DNA of 63,647 nt, the filler included, from Reclinomonas americana ATCC 50394 (taxonomy: Eukaryota), in NCBI GenBank assembly GCA_048213135.1. It is 14 parts of 14 records of this genome, joined end to end, with 100 filler letters (N's around TTAATTAATTAA, not from the genome) between each part and the next. Parts side by side here need not be neighbours in the genome. Positions count along the whole stretch, not along the records: positions 14,039 to 22,203 come from AFZH01017975.1; positions 22,304 to 28,361 come from AFZH01017976.1; 12 more parts are not named here. One strand, given 5' to 3'. Below the pieces are notes generated by a model that was given only the letters and a program-made list of their open reading frames with translations, ran no database searches and was not told the origin of the DNA. The position numbers were made by a program, and so were the translations under genes. Every line of letters begins with the position of its first letter. Position 1 is the stretch's first letter. Positions 14,045 to 25,426 of the stretch are shown piece after piece.

Positions 14045-16125
14045 CCTCGCACGCAACTGGTGTTGTGAATGGTCTGCATCATCGATATCCGGTCAGCAGC
14101 CGTGGCAGAGTTGGTCGACGTGGCAGTGGCGTACACCTGGTACGTGTACGACGTATTGGCCGTCAGCGACGTGTCGGCAGTGTAAGCAGCGGTAGTCGCC
14201 CAGCCAGCCGGCAGCGGCACCGTGGCCACAGACACCGGGGTCGCGCTAGCGCTGGCCACGGAAAATAGTGAACGCAGTCACGGCGTTGGAGCCAAAGTTC
14301 TGCGGGATGACCCACTGCAGGAAGATGTTGTTGAGGCCGTACTGCGTCACCACGAGGCTGGTCGGCGGGTTCGGCACGACACCGGTGGCAGCCGGAGTGG
14401 TGAGGTTGATGGCAGTGCTGAACACGCACGTCACCGGGTTGGCGGTGGCGCCAGCCGGGTTGAAGGGCGAGGTCGTGAAGGCAATCGAGAATTGGTTGCT
14501 GGCGCAGATCTGCAGGTTGACCGAGGTGCCAGCCGGCAGGCCAGTCACGTCAATGTAGTAGGTCGACAGGTTGTCGTTCCACGATGCCGCAGTACCGCTG
14601 CCGTTGGTGGACGGGAACGAGCTGGTGTCAATGTTGACGGCAAGGTCTGCAGTGGCCGCAGTCACCGACGAGGCGCTGGTGGTCGAGTACACCACACGGT
14701 AGGCGCTCACGTTCGGGGTCGGGGTCGTCACGTTGCCCTGAGTGGCGCTCGAGGTGGCAGTGTTGGAGCCGCCGACGCTGATTGGGGTCGAGAAGTTCAG
14801 GCGCACGCCAGTCGAGAGTGCCACGCCAGTGGGCGCAGCCGGCACGGAGCCGTTGTTGTCGGTGGTGGCCTGGATCGAGCCGGCCGCCGAGGCAGCGGTG
14901 TTGTTGTTGACTGTCACCTTGATCTTGGTCGTGTACTGCATGGCCGCCACAAAGTTGGTGCTGGCGTTGTTCATCGTGAAGCCGGTGATCTGCACAAAGA
15001 CGCCAGAGGTGTACGAGAACAGGCCGTAGAACGAAGTGGCGAGCGTGCCGTTGCCAGTCGCGCCGGTGGTGATGGCAGCCTGGTCAGTGCTGCCATTGGT
15101 CACCGTGTAGGCGGCAGTCGGCGCAGCGGTAGTGTCGCCAGTGCCAAAGGTGGCCGGGTAGTTGAAGGCGACGACAAACGACGTCGAAGTGACCTGATCC
15201 ACAGAGCCAGTGTACGGAGACGCAGTGTAGCCAGTCGGCGTGGCCGACGCACCCGACGCCAGAGTCACCGTCATGGCGGTCGAGAACGTCAGGCTGGCAC
15301 CGTTGGCACCCGGAGTGCCGCTGCCGTTATTGAAGGCCGCCGTACGCGTCAGGCAAGTTACCTCGACGAGGACGCGGTTGCGCGACGTGCCAGCGCTGCC
15401 GGTCGGGATGCCAAAGTCGGTCAGGTCGGAAATGGTGGTGACCAGTCACTGCACCGCCGCCGCAGTCTGACTTGACGTACCACCTGGCAGCGCCAATCAT
15501 GCCCACATGGCCGCCGCACCCTCCCACTCCACCGCCGGTTGCTGTTGGCGTCGGTGGTGAAGCCCGAGGCGACAGAGACACCGCACACGTTGGCAGTGCC
15601 GGTGGCAGTGTAGATGTACAAGCTGGCAGCAGACGAGGCGTTGACGGTGCCTCCCACAGCTGTGTACGTGGCCTGAATGGCGGTCAAGGTGACGACAAAG
15701 GTCAGCGAAGTGTTGGTGATGTCGATGATGGTGACCGATCGAGTTGGCAGCGGTGAGGGTGGCACCAACGCCAGCTGCAGCAAAGGCGGGCGCGGCAGTT
15801 CCCCGGGATCCAGCCGCGGTAGTAGCGGGCCCATCGACAGAGTGCCGACAGTGGCAACAGCGACACCGTCGGCCGAAAGTAAGTACGGATCCGGAGCCGT
15901 TCCAAAGCCACCGCTACCACTGGTGATGGCGGCAGTAAGGTTGGCCACACAGTTGACAATGGTGCTGGCACAGCGCCCACGGACCTGCAGCCCACAACAC
16001 ATTCACGCGCGCGATTGCCGGCAGTGAGAGTGATTTCCAGTTGCGAAGCAGTGTCGAGCGCAGCAGTGCCGTTGCCAGTGTCGTTCTGCGCAGTCACGCG
16101 GATGCGACATGTGGTGATCGCGCCA
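14045..16125 (-). pseudogene. Decayed paralog of the FN3 surface protein at 41753-49469
   Basis: ORF 14246-15274 aligns nearly residue-for-residue with ~45475-46510. Frameshifts near 14250, 15280-15470 and ~15970; large internal deletions. Confidence 0.85.
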
Positions 16126-16163
16126 CCATTCGATCCAGTCCTGCACCACTGTGCAAGTGAGGA

Positions 16164-17380
16164 TTACGCAGCACAACGGAAGTTCTCCATTTCATCACAC
16201 TCACCATGGCACCACCAGCAGTGTAGCTGGCGAATGACCGCAGCAACCTCCTGCGCCTCAGGGCCGTCGGCTGAGTGAAACAGCAGGTCGGCGACCACCC
16301 ACAACTTCCGGCCATTGATCTCCGCCAGAAAACCATTCCGAAGCCGGTTCATCGACACGGTGAGCTGTTTGTATGCTGACATGTTGCTCGTCTCTGCAAG
16401 ACCATTCTCGAGCGTAAGCACCTCGAGCGTAAACACGGCTCATCACTACCCGCATAAGCGCACCTGGCGGCGTGAGACCAACGCACGGGAAGTAGCGGGA
16501 TTTTCTAGAGCGCAGCTCATCGGCCGGCCGATTGACAATCGCCAGGTGCAATGCACCTGTTGGTCGCTGCGCGCGTGTGCTCAGTGACTCTGCATCAGCG
16601 TGACAATGTCACAGGCTTCGCACACTCCCCCCCTTGATTGCCTTATATGAGGTCTCCCATTGCAAGGGTCAAGGGTAACGGGTTAAGGATCACGTACCCG
16701 AGGGTCAAGAACAAAGGGTCAAGGAGCAGAAGCTATGAAAAGCATATATAAGGGGGGTATAAATGGCATGTAAGGGGGGGAGTGTGCGAAGCACGTAACA
16801 AGAACGAAAACAGTCAGTGCACGCATGGCGGCAACAAGCAGTCCACAGCACTCACCCTTGAGATCATCATAGTCTGTCTTTACAAACAATACCACCACTT
16901 CGTCCGCGCCGGCCTCTGTTGCCCGGACCTCCATCGTGTTATCATACTGCAATCAAGAGAGTCTCTCTCTCTCTCTTAGTCAAACAAACTGCGAAATGAG
17001 CAGCCGAAACAACAGCAGCCTACCGTCAGCGCGACACCACTCTCAGTGCCGCGAATCTGATCGTCGGTGCATTGCACAAAGGCCATCTTGCCGCCGGCAA
17101 CAACATTTGTCGGCATGACGCACAGCAATGGGACGCTGCGTGGACGATCGGCGGAAAGCATGTCCACATCGTTCCATCGGAACTGGACTGGAAACTCGTC
17201 CGAGCACTGTCTTGGAATCAAGTGTGACTTCCACAACAGCCGTCGTTGACGGATGTCTCGGCCACACCAAAAGGCAAGGAAAGCGCTGAGCCACATCTGC
17301 TGCTGTTTCACCCCAAACGCTGACATTTTTCTGCCATGCAGAGCAATGCTTGTCAGCGCTACTGCAGGAGACAACAATCA
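16164..17380 (-). mobile_element. Decayed intron-containing CMC/EnSpm (CACTA/Plavaka-like) transposase fragment
   Basis: Spliced reading VVLFVKTDYDDLK|ESLSTRAQRPTGALHLAIVNRPADELRSRKSRYFPCVGLTPPG, a frameshift, then LTLENGL...INGRKLWVVADLLFHSADGPEAQEVA...CWWC. This matches the motif order YxDD / NLP..RS / LxxLExG / DxP..CxxC of CMC transposases. Confidence 0.6.
16621..16786. mobile_element. 166-bp MITE, 15-bp TIR CACACTCCCCCCCTT, probable 2-bp CG target-site duplication
   Basis: Perfect inverted termini at 16621-16635 and 16772-16786; flanks GCTTCG| and |CGAAGC. Confidence 0.75.
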
Positions 17381-18201
17381 AACATGAATTGGCGCAACTG
17401 AGAATGGCAGTCAAACAACCATGCACAGTTCTGTTGACTCCGTTGGGCCGGCTCCACCTGCCACATGCGCAAGCGTCCACGTTAGCAACACGAGATGCAT
17501 GCCAGCACGTGTACAAACGACAGTGGATGATGATTAACAACTAAACGACATCCCACGAATTCAGCACCTTGGCAATCACGTCTGCGCCGTCGACAACAGC
17601 GCACGTGCACACAAAAGAGTTCTTCCAGAGAGCGACGCGCTTGCCGCCACCAAGGGTCGAATATGTGACAAGAGCATGCCTTCGTCTTCACTCGCGCCCC
17701 TGTCATGGGCCCGCGACGAACAACACTGCCGGGTGTCTGTGGAGGTGCGGCGGTCGTTGGTCACGGGGAGCGGAAGACACACACGCAGGGCTCATCGTAA
17801 ACACACAATACCTTGCCAACAACATGCAAGTGCACGTGACGAGGTGCGAGACTATCCAGTGCACGTGTGCCAGGCAATGGCCTGGTTGCTCGTTGAAACG
17901 CTTCACGCTCTCCAGATACTCCGACGCCGCCAGCTCATGGGCTCGACTTGCAAGACCCTAGTTTTCTCACACACTCTCCTGTCACTCACGCACAGCCGTG
18001 CACTCATGGAACCGGAAACACACAGAGAGAGAGAGAGAAATGAGTGCGTATATCTCGTCCCTGCTCCCTGCAGAGTTGCCGTGGCAGAGGGCAGAAAAGG
18101 CGGGAGTGCTCGCATTTCCTTTCTAAGCAGTTTCCTTTTTTGTAGAGGAGAACCTGACTGTCTGATGCTTCCTTGTGTGTTATAAAAAGCAGCGCTACAT
18201 A

Positions 18202-21200
18202 ATGCCGCCCAAGTGCATCAATCAAGGCCTTGTGCAGTATCTCTCGGTGCGTGACTTGGCGACGACGAGAGAAGAGAAAGCGCGGGAAATCGAGGGTTGT
18301 GGTGCTTGCAGTCTGCTCTCTCTCTCTCTCTGCAACACGCCACGGAAGAGTCAGAATAGGCGCGTCTCTCTAAGTTGTCGCACAGATCCTCAAGGCAATC
18401 TGCTTGACTCTTGATGACAAGTCACTTCGATCACTATCACTCTTCTTCTTTCTCACTTTGCTCTCTTCTCTCTCTTCTCCATTTGTCACAGAGAGAAGAG
18501 ACAGTGGGAACAGGCGCATCTTAGCTGTCACACAGGCGCTCAAGGCAATCTGCTTGACTCTTGATGACAAGTCACTTCGATCACAACCACTCTTCTTCTT
18601 TCTCACTTCTCTCTCTTCTCTCTCTTCTCCATTTGTCACAGAGAGAAGAGACAGTGGGAACAGGCGCATCTTAGCTGTCACACAGATCCTCAAGGCCGAT
18701 GTGCTTGACTCTTGATGACAAGTCACTTCGATCGCTATCACTCTTCTTCTTTCTCACTTCGCTCTCTTCTCTCTCTTCTCCACTTGTCACAGAGGGAAGA
18801 GACAGTGGGAATAGGCACATCTTAGCTGTCACACAGATCCTCAAGGCCGATGTGCTTGACTCTTGATGACAAGTCACTTCGATCACAATCACTCTTCTTC
18901 TCCCTCACTCTCTCTTCTCCACTTGTCACAGAGGGAAGAGACAGTGGGAACAGGCGCATCTTAGCTGTCACACAGGCGCTCAAGGCAATCTGCTTGACTC
19001 TTGAGCTTCTGTCACAATCGCTCTTCTCTCCCTCTCTCTCGCTCTCTTCTCCACACTCCGCAGAATGAAGCTTGCAGTGAGCAGCAGCGCATCTTATAGT
19101 TGTCACACAGATCCTCAAGGCCGATATGCTTGACTCTTGAGTGACAAGTCACTTCGATCACAAGCGCTCTTCTTCTCTCTCACTTCACTCTGTCACATGA
19201 TACTCCCTTCCTTCTCATCATCATCTTCTCTCCGTCTTTGTCTCTTTTGTCAGGCTCGTCGCGAGGAGCTTGCCTCTGAGAAGCACACGTTTGCGCTGAA
19301 CCGAGCGATCCGGTCGGTGAGAGACTGCGAGTTTCTGGTGACGAGTGTGGCACTGGCGAAGACACTGGGTGGTGTGGGCGACTGGGTGGGTGCCATGGTC
19401 GACGAATATCTGAATACGTGCCCGGGACGAGTGCCGTTGGCGCCGGCTGGGACGCCGAGGAGTTGCGTGGAGAACATGGAAGTGAGGAAGGGACAGTGTC
19501 TTGACAAGAGCATGTTGTGAAGTGCGCTTCTCATCCCCCAACTCTCTGGTCTCTCCGCACCTTTCTCTTCTTCTCCCTTTCTGCTCGCTGCCTTCTCTTT
19601 CCATTGTCTCTCCTCCCCTTGTTTTCATTCTCTTTCCTATTCTCCATGCCCTTCTCCTCTGCCTCCTCTTCTCCCTTTCTGTTCTCTGCCTTCTCTTTCC
19701 ATTGTCTCTCCTCCCCTTGTTTTCTTTCTCTTTCCTGTTCTCCATGCCCGTCTCCTCTGCCTCCTCTTCTCCCTTTCTGCTCGCTGCCTTCTCTTTCCAT
19801 TGTCTCTCCTCTCCTTGTTTTCTTTCTCTTTCCTATTCTCCATGTCCTTCTCCTCTGTCTCCTCTTCTCCCTTTCTGTTCTCTCTCTCCTTTCCCTTCTC
19901 CTTTTCCCCCTCGCTCACCACATGCACAGAGGTGGGCCAGAAACGCGCCGCCGACGATACACCTCTCCCGGCTGCCATGGCCGATGTACCTTTCCCCGAT
20001 GACATTCCGCTCCCCGCTGCCGCCAGAGACGGAGAACCTCCACTCAAGAAGAAGAAGCAGGCGCTGCCGAAAGAGTACATGCCGAGGTACGGTTCGGCGG
20101 CGGCGGCCATCTTGATTTGCATGTATCGCAAGCTGCGCACCCGGCAGTGGTGGTCCAAGGATTCCATTGTGGGGAAGGCTGCACGATTTACGGAGACGCC
20201 CATGCTGCCGGTGAGCTGGCACCCCCACAGACAGGCCGTGAGAGGGTGGAGTAGTAGAGATACAGTGCTTGTGAGAGAGATAATTTTCTGTTCCTCTAGC
20301 TCAGCCTCTGCTTCCTCGTTGTTGTTTGTTTCATCTCCTCTTCGTTCTTCTTGTCCTTCTCCTATTTCTCCTTCATGGCGCTTTCCCGGAACTTCCTCAT
20401 TGACCGCTGGATGCAGGAACGTGGGGCCATTGCCGCCGGCAAGTATTACGCTGGGTGGGATTCGATCAAGGTGCTGCAGAACAAGCAACTGGTCGTCACC
20501 AAGTCGGAGGGTCGTGTGCATCTGTATGGATTGTCGCAGGATGGTGCCGAGTTGGCGCAGCGTGTCGATGAGGCGTACCGCAAGGTCAATGCGCAACTGC
20601 TGTTCGACAGCGACGACGATGTGGTGAATGCGCCGTTGCCGGTGGACAGCCTGCGCCTGCCGAGAGCCACTGTGTACAGGGTGCCTGCTGACGGTGAGGA
20701 GGCCGCCGCGAGGGACGACGGGCGGCTGGCGGTATCGGGCAGTCCTTTCGGCCAACTCTTCCCCATCAACGGGTACTTTTACATGACAGCCGCTGGTCGC
20801 CGGACGCTGGAGCGCAGTGAGGCGCAGGTGATGTACTTTGAGGCCGGTCGCCCGTCGTATCTCGTCGAGAAGCACGAGTTGCTGGAGGCGCGCCACCCGA
20901 ATCTTTGCATACGACCCATTGACCCGACTTGCGGACTCGTTCCGCCACAGGTATTGTGGTGCGCCTGCGGGCTGCAATCCGACAATGAAGACAACGCTGA
21001 ACCGTCTCTCGTCGCAGGCGTACGGCTGGTTGCCGCACCTCGGTTCCGCCAACACTCTCGTCATGGCGCAACCACCAAAGCCGCTGAATCCCGGTGGAGG
21101 TCGGTCACCTTTCCTCCATCGCTTCTTTCACATCCATCTGTTTCCTCACCTGTTCGCTATCGCAGCGGTGGCCGCTATCGGCAAAGCTCAGCCTCCTCCT

Positions 21201-23885
21201 CCTCCTCCTCTGCACCTTCCTCCTCCTCCACCACCACCACCACCACCGGCACGACCAGCAGCAGCAGCAGCAGACGCAGCACCGAGTCGGAAATCCGCGG
21301 CGTCGAGCAGGAAGACGAAGACAAAGGAGCGGAAGGAGAAGCCGGCGGCCGACGACGTCGTCGAAGTTGTAGACGTGGCGCCGTCAAAGAAGCGCGAGAT
21401 CCCGATGGACGATGACTTGGACGACGACGGCGGTGACGAAGGCGGTGACGATGATGTGATCGATCTCACCGAGTCAGCAGCTGCGGCTGTCGCGACCACC
21501 AAGGTCACGTTGACCACGCTGCGAACAACCACCACAACGACCACCACGACAGTCAAGAGCAATGTCACTGTGACGGCAGCAGCAGCGGCGGGAGGAATGG
21601 CGAGTGTAAGCGAGGCCTCTTCGTCGGCGGCTCCCGCACCCGCGCCGTTCAACTCGGTGATACCCATGTACAACCCGGTTAGCGAACCACATCTCGGGCC
21701 ACCGCGATTTCCACTCTTCCGCGTGCAACAGCCAGTCGCCGCACCTGCCAAGCCGCGTTGCGTGTTTTTTCTTCCTTCTTTAAATGTCCACCGCTCTAGC
21801 GCCGACTCACACTGGCGTGCAGCCCTGTCGGAGATGGCTCGCAAGATCTTATCGCAACCCGACGCGCAAGTCGTAGTTATTACGGACGTGCGAGAAAAAG
21901 GGCGCGATTCGCGGCAAGAATTCGTCGGCCTCTGCACCAAGCTCAACCAACAGCGCAACATCGTGTCGTGGCCAAAACCGCTGGCCGTCGGCGATTTCCA
22001 GTTCGTGTTGCGCAGTCCGTCGCTGAAGGACGCCGAGGCGGCGCTGCTGATGCTGAACTGTGTGGTGGAACGAAAAGCGGGCGGCGACTTTGTGGCGAGC
22101 ATTGGCGATCAGCGACTGCTTGTTGCGGAGCCTTTGAGGTGTCACTCGATGCCTTGCTTTGTAGCTGTCCTTCTCACTGCGCGTGTGCGTGTGTGTGTAT
22201 CGANNNNNNNNNNNNNNNNNNNNNNNNNNNNNNNNNNNNNNNNNNNNTTAATTAATTAANNNNNNNNNNNNNNNNNNNNNNNNNNNNNNNNNNNNNNNNN
22301 NNNGGGAGCGATGGAAAGAGAGGAGCGATGGGAAGAAACAAGGAAAGATATCGAGAGAAGAGCTTCTTGTTTGTGCTGTCTCTGCGTCGCAGTTGTAATT
22401 TGGGAGATGAGAGCGAATGAGGAGGAAGGATTGTGTTGTCACCGTGTCACTGGTACCAGCTCGTGCGGAGGATGAGAGCGGATGAGGATAGAGAAGGGAG
22501 CGATAAGGAAAGGTCGACGTCGCAGTGATGCTCTGGGAGATGAGAGCGAATGAGGAGGAAGGATTGTTGTCACCGTGTCACTGCGGTACCAGCTCGTGCG
22601 GATGATGAGAGCGGATGAGGAAGAAGGATGTGTTATGCTGTCTCTTTATCACTGTGTTATTTCGGGGGATGGAACACAAGAGAGAGGAGAGATAAAAAGA
22701 GAAGGGAGCGATAAGGAGAGGTCGACGTCGCAGTGATGCTCTGGAAGATGAGAGCGATGAGGGAGATGTTGTCGCATTGATGCTTGTGCGGATGATCAGA
22801 GCGAGTTAGTGAGAAGGATTTGTTGTGCTGTCTGTGATATGTCAGGGGCTTTGTTATGCTGCCTTTGTGTCATAGTCATGGTTGCACCTCGCGTGAAGGG
22901 GGATGAAAAACGAAAGAAAGAATCTCTTGTTATCCTTGTATCGTGTCACTGTGATGTTGCACGCGAGGAGGTGTTGTTGGGCTATCTCCACGGCATTGTG
23001 ACGCTTCGCGAGATGAGAGTGAATGAGGGAGAAGGATTTTTGTGTGCTGTCACCTTGCCACTGTGATATTGCACTTCACGTGTGGATGGTGCTTCTGCGG
23101 TGGAATAGCGAGTCGTGTTATGATCATTTCCTTTGTTACTGTTCCAATCCGGGCTCCGAGATCGATGTCCTCACTCTCGACTGCCCGCAACAGTGCAGGT
23201 GCCCGAGTGCACTGACGACGAATTTGAAATGGTCCGTCGTACTCGGTTCCTGTTGCCGCCCACCCTTTGCGTTCATCCTCCTTGCATGTTCTGCAGGTGC
23301 GCGACATTGTCGATCCGCAGATCCGCTCGTTTGCCGAATTCCAAGAACACACTCGCAAGAGCACCATGACTCCGCGAGATGTGTTTGTACGCCAGCTCCG
23401 CACCGTGCCAGGCATCTCTCGTTGCGTTGCGCCTGATTTTACTCGAGGTTGTCGTGACGCGCTTGCCACTCACGTGATCGGTGCGCTGACAGGCATCACG
23501 GCACACGCACTGGCGGACAAGTACTCCACTCCGACGGAAATGTGCCGCCGCTTGAATGACCCGAGTCGCACGGCGCAGGATATCAAGAACGAGATTGCGG
23601 TCCGTTTGCTGGATGCATGTGTGTGTGTGTGTGTGCCCTCGCACGCTTGCTCACACTGCGCTGCAGAATATCAAGCCGACCGGATTGCTGCGACGCATCG
23701 GACCGCGTCTGGCCGATGTGTTGCACGCTTTGTTCACCTCGCGGCCGAGATACCCGGCCTTCACTCCAACTTTGGGTAGAAAGGCCGCCACGGGCTTGCC
23801 CGATGGTTCTCAGCAGGATGACGAGGAGGAGCAAGAAGATGAGGCGGGGGCCGACAACTTGAGCGATGTTGAATTGTGTCTATAG
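18202..23885 (+). CDS. MUS81: Crossover junction endonuclease MUS81 (multi-exon, spans a gap)
   Basis: N-terminal HhH (AKTLGGVGDWVG, exon from 19254); winged helix (YMPRYGSAAAAIL...YAGWDSIKVL..K.LV...YGLSQDG); ERCC4 nuclease (DVRE...LAVGDF...VVERK..DF.ASI.D.R); C-terminal HhH pair (RQLRTVPGIS...RRIGPRLA). Confidence 0.92.
18374..19196. repeat. ~150-bp tandem repeat (5-6 copies) in MUS81 intron 1
   Basis: caaggc...cttgactcttga recurs at 18391, 18541, 18691, 18842, 18981 and ~19116. Confidence 0.9.
19560..19900. repeat. ~98-bp pyrimidine-rich tandem repeat (~3 copies) in MUS81 intron 2
   Basis: ccattgtctctcct at 19601, 19699 and 19797. Confidence 0.85.
22400..22770. repeat. Degenerate duplicated purine-rich intronic segments
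   Basis: agatgagagcgaatgaggaggaaggattgt and gagaagggagcgataagga..ggtcgacgtcgcagtgatgctctgg each occur twice. Confidence 0.7.
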
Positions 23886-24047
23886 AAGTGAAAAAATCGT
23901 TCCGCGCCCAAGCACAGTTCGCCCTTCCTTTGCATGCATGCTGGGATTCTTTTTTGTCCGTAGCGCACGCAAACGACGACGTCAGGAGTCACGCACGGAA
24001 AGGACACTCATTGTCTCCTTTCACACACAACCTCTCTCACGAAAGCC

Positions 24048-25145
24048 ATGTCAACGACTCCTCGTCCACTCCTCCTCTGCCAGCAAGTAGAGGGACACAC
24101 TGACTCAGTGTGGTCTGTCGCCGTCTCTCCGGATGGTCAGCATTTGGTGAGTGGGAGCGCGGACAAGACCGTGCGAGTGTGGACACTGGCGAGTGGAGAG
24201 GAGGTGCGACGGCTGGAGGGACACACTGGAGAGGTGCACTCTGTCGCCATCACTCCGGATGGTCAGCACGTTGTGAGTGGGTGTTTTGACATGACGGTGC
24301 GAGTGTGGTCACTGGCGAGTGGAGAGGAAGTGCGACAGTTGGAGGGTCACACTGGTGCGGTGACGTCTGTCGCTGTCTCTTCCGATGGTCAGCGCATTGT
24401 GAGTGCGAGTCAGGACAACACAGTGCGAGTGTGGTCTCTCTCGAGTGGCGAGGAAGTGTGCCGGCTGGAGGGGCATACAGCTTGGGTGATCTCTGTTGTT
24501 TTCACTCCCGATGGTCAGCACGTTGTGAGCGGAAGTACCGAAAAGACTGTGCAAGTGTGGTCGCTCGCCAGTGGACAGCAAGTGCGACGATTGGAGGGGC
24601 ACACTGGCTTCGTGTGGTCAGTCGCTATCACTCCCAATGGCCAGCACGTCGTAAGCGGGAGTGAGGACAAGACTGTGCGTGTGTGGTCTCTGGCAAGTGG
24701 AGAAGAGGTGCTGCGAATGGAGGGACACGCTCAACCGGTGCGCTCTGTTGCCGTCACTCCCCACGGCAAGTACGTTGTCAGTGGAAGCTGGGACGCGACA
24801 GTGCGAGTATGGTCACTGGCGAGTGGCGAAGAGGTGCGGCGGTTGGACGGCTACACTGACTGGGTGCACTCTGTCGCCGTCTCTCCCGATGGTCAACACA
24901 TTGCGAGTGGCGGCTTGGACGACACAGTGCTTGTGTGGTCCACTCCGTGCGGTCTTGCTCAGCTGGAACTCCGCACAGCGCAATCGGCAGTGGTGGCCGT
25001 GCAGGAGATGCAGCAGCAGCAGCAGAAAGAGGAGGAAGAGCCAGACTCTCGATGCTTGCCGGAGATGGTGCTGCGATGCTTCAATGTCGAGGAGGCGGAG
25101 GTCGTGGTGTACCGATCGTTTGGCGACCCCGAGATGCATCTGTGA
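24048..25145 (+). CDS. Intronless 7x WD40 protein with conserved C-terminal tail (cluster A, copy 1)
   Basis: Seven 42-aa GH...VW repeats; tail STPCGLAQ...DSRCLPEMVLRCF...DPEMHL. Confidence 0.93.
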   Translation: MSTTPRPLLLCQQVEGHTDSVWSVAVSPDGQHLVSGSADKTVRVWTLASGEEVRRLEGHTGEVHSVAITPDGQHVVSGCFDMTVRVWSLASGEEVRQLEGHTGAVTSVAVSSDGQRIVSASQDNTVRVWSLSSGEEVCRLEGHTAWVISVVFTPDGQHVVSGSTEKTVQVWSLASGQQVRRLEGHTGFVWSVAITPNGQHVVSGSEDKTVRVWSLASGEEVLRMEGHAQPVRSVAVTPHGKYVVSGSWDATVRVWSLASGEEVRRLDGYTDWVHSVAVSPDGQHIASGGLDDTVLVWSTPCGLAQLELRTAQSAVVAVQEMQQQQQKEEEEPDSRCLPEMVLRCFNVEEAEVVVYRSFGDPEMHL

Positions 25146-25426
25146 GTCGGTTGCCATGGGAGGCTGGAGCCGTCAGCTTTTGTTAGTCGTGCTTTGTCTG
25201 CCTCCTCTTCTTCTCCTCGCTGCGTGCTGCGGCTGTGAACGACGTCGAATGAAATGAGTGTGACTGTCGACGTCGGGATTTTACGCTTCGCTCTTCCTGT
25301 ACATGCATCATGGGTTGCCCACCGTTATATCACTGGTCAACCAGCAAGTGTGCGGTTGGAGACGACGACGTCAAAGGACATAATGTGTCACGCAGACACG
25401 CTCTCTCTCGCACACACACGAATTCC

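Noticed and set aside
18374..19196. CRISPR-like array
   Set aside because: The whole unit is repeated with no unique spacers, there are no cas genes, and it lies in a eukaryotic intron.
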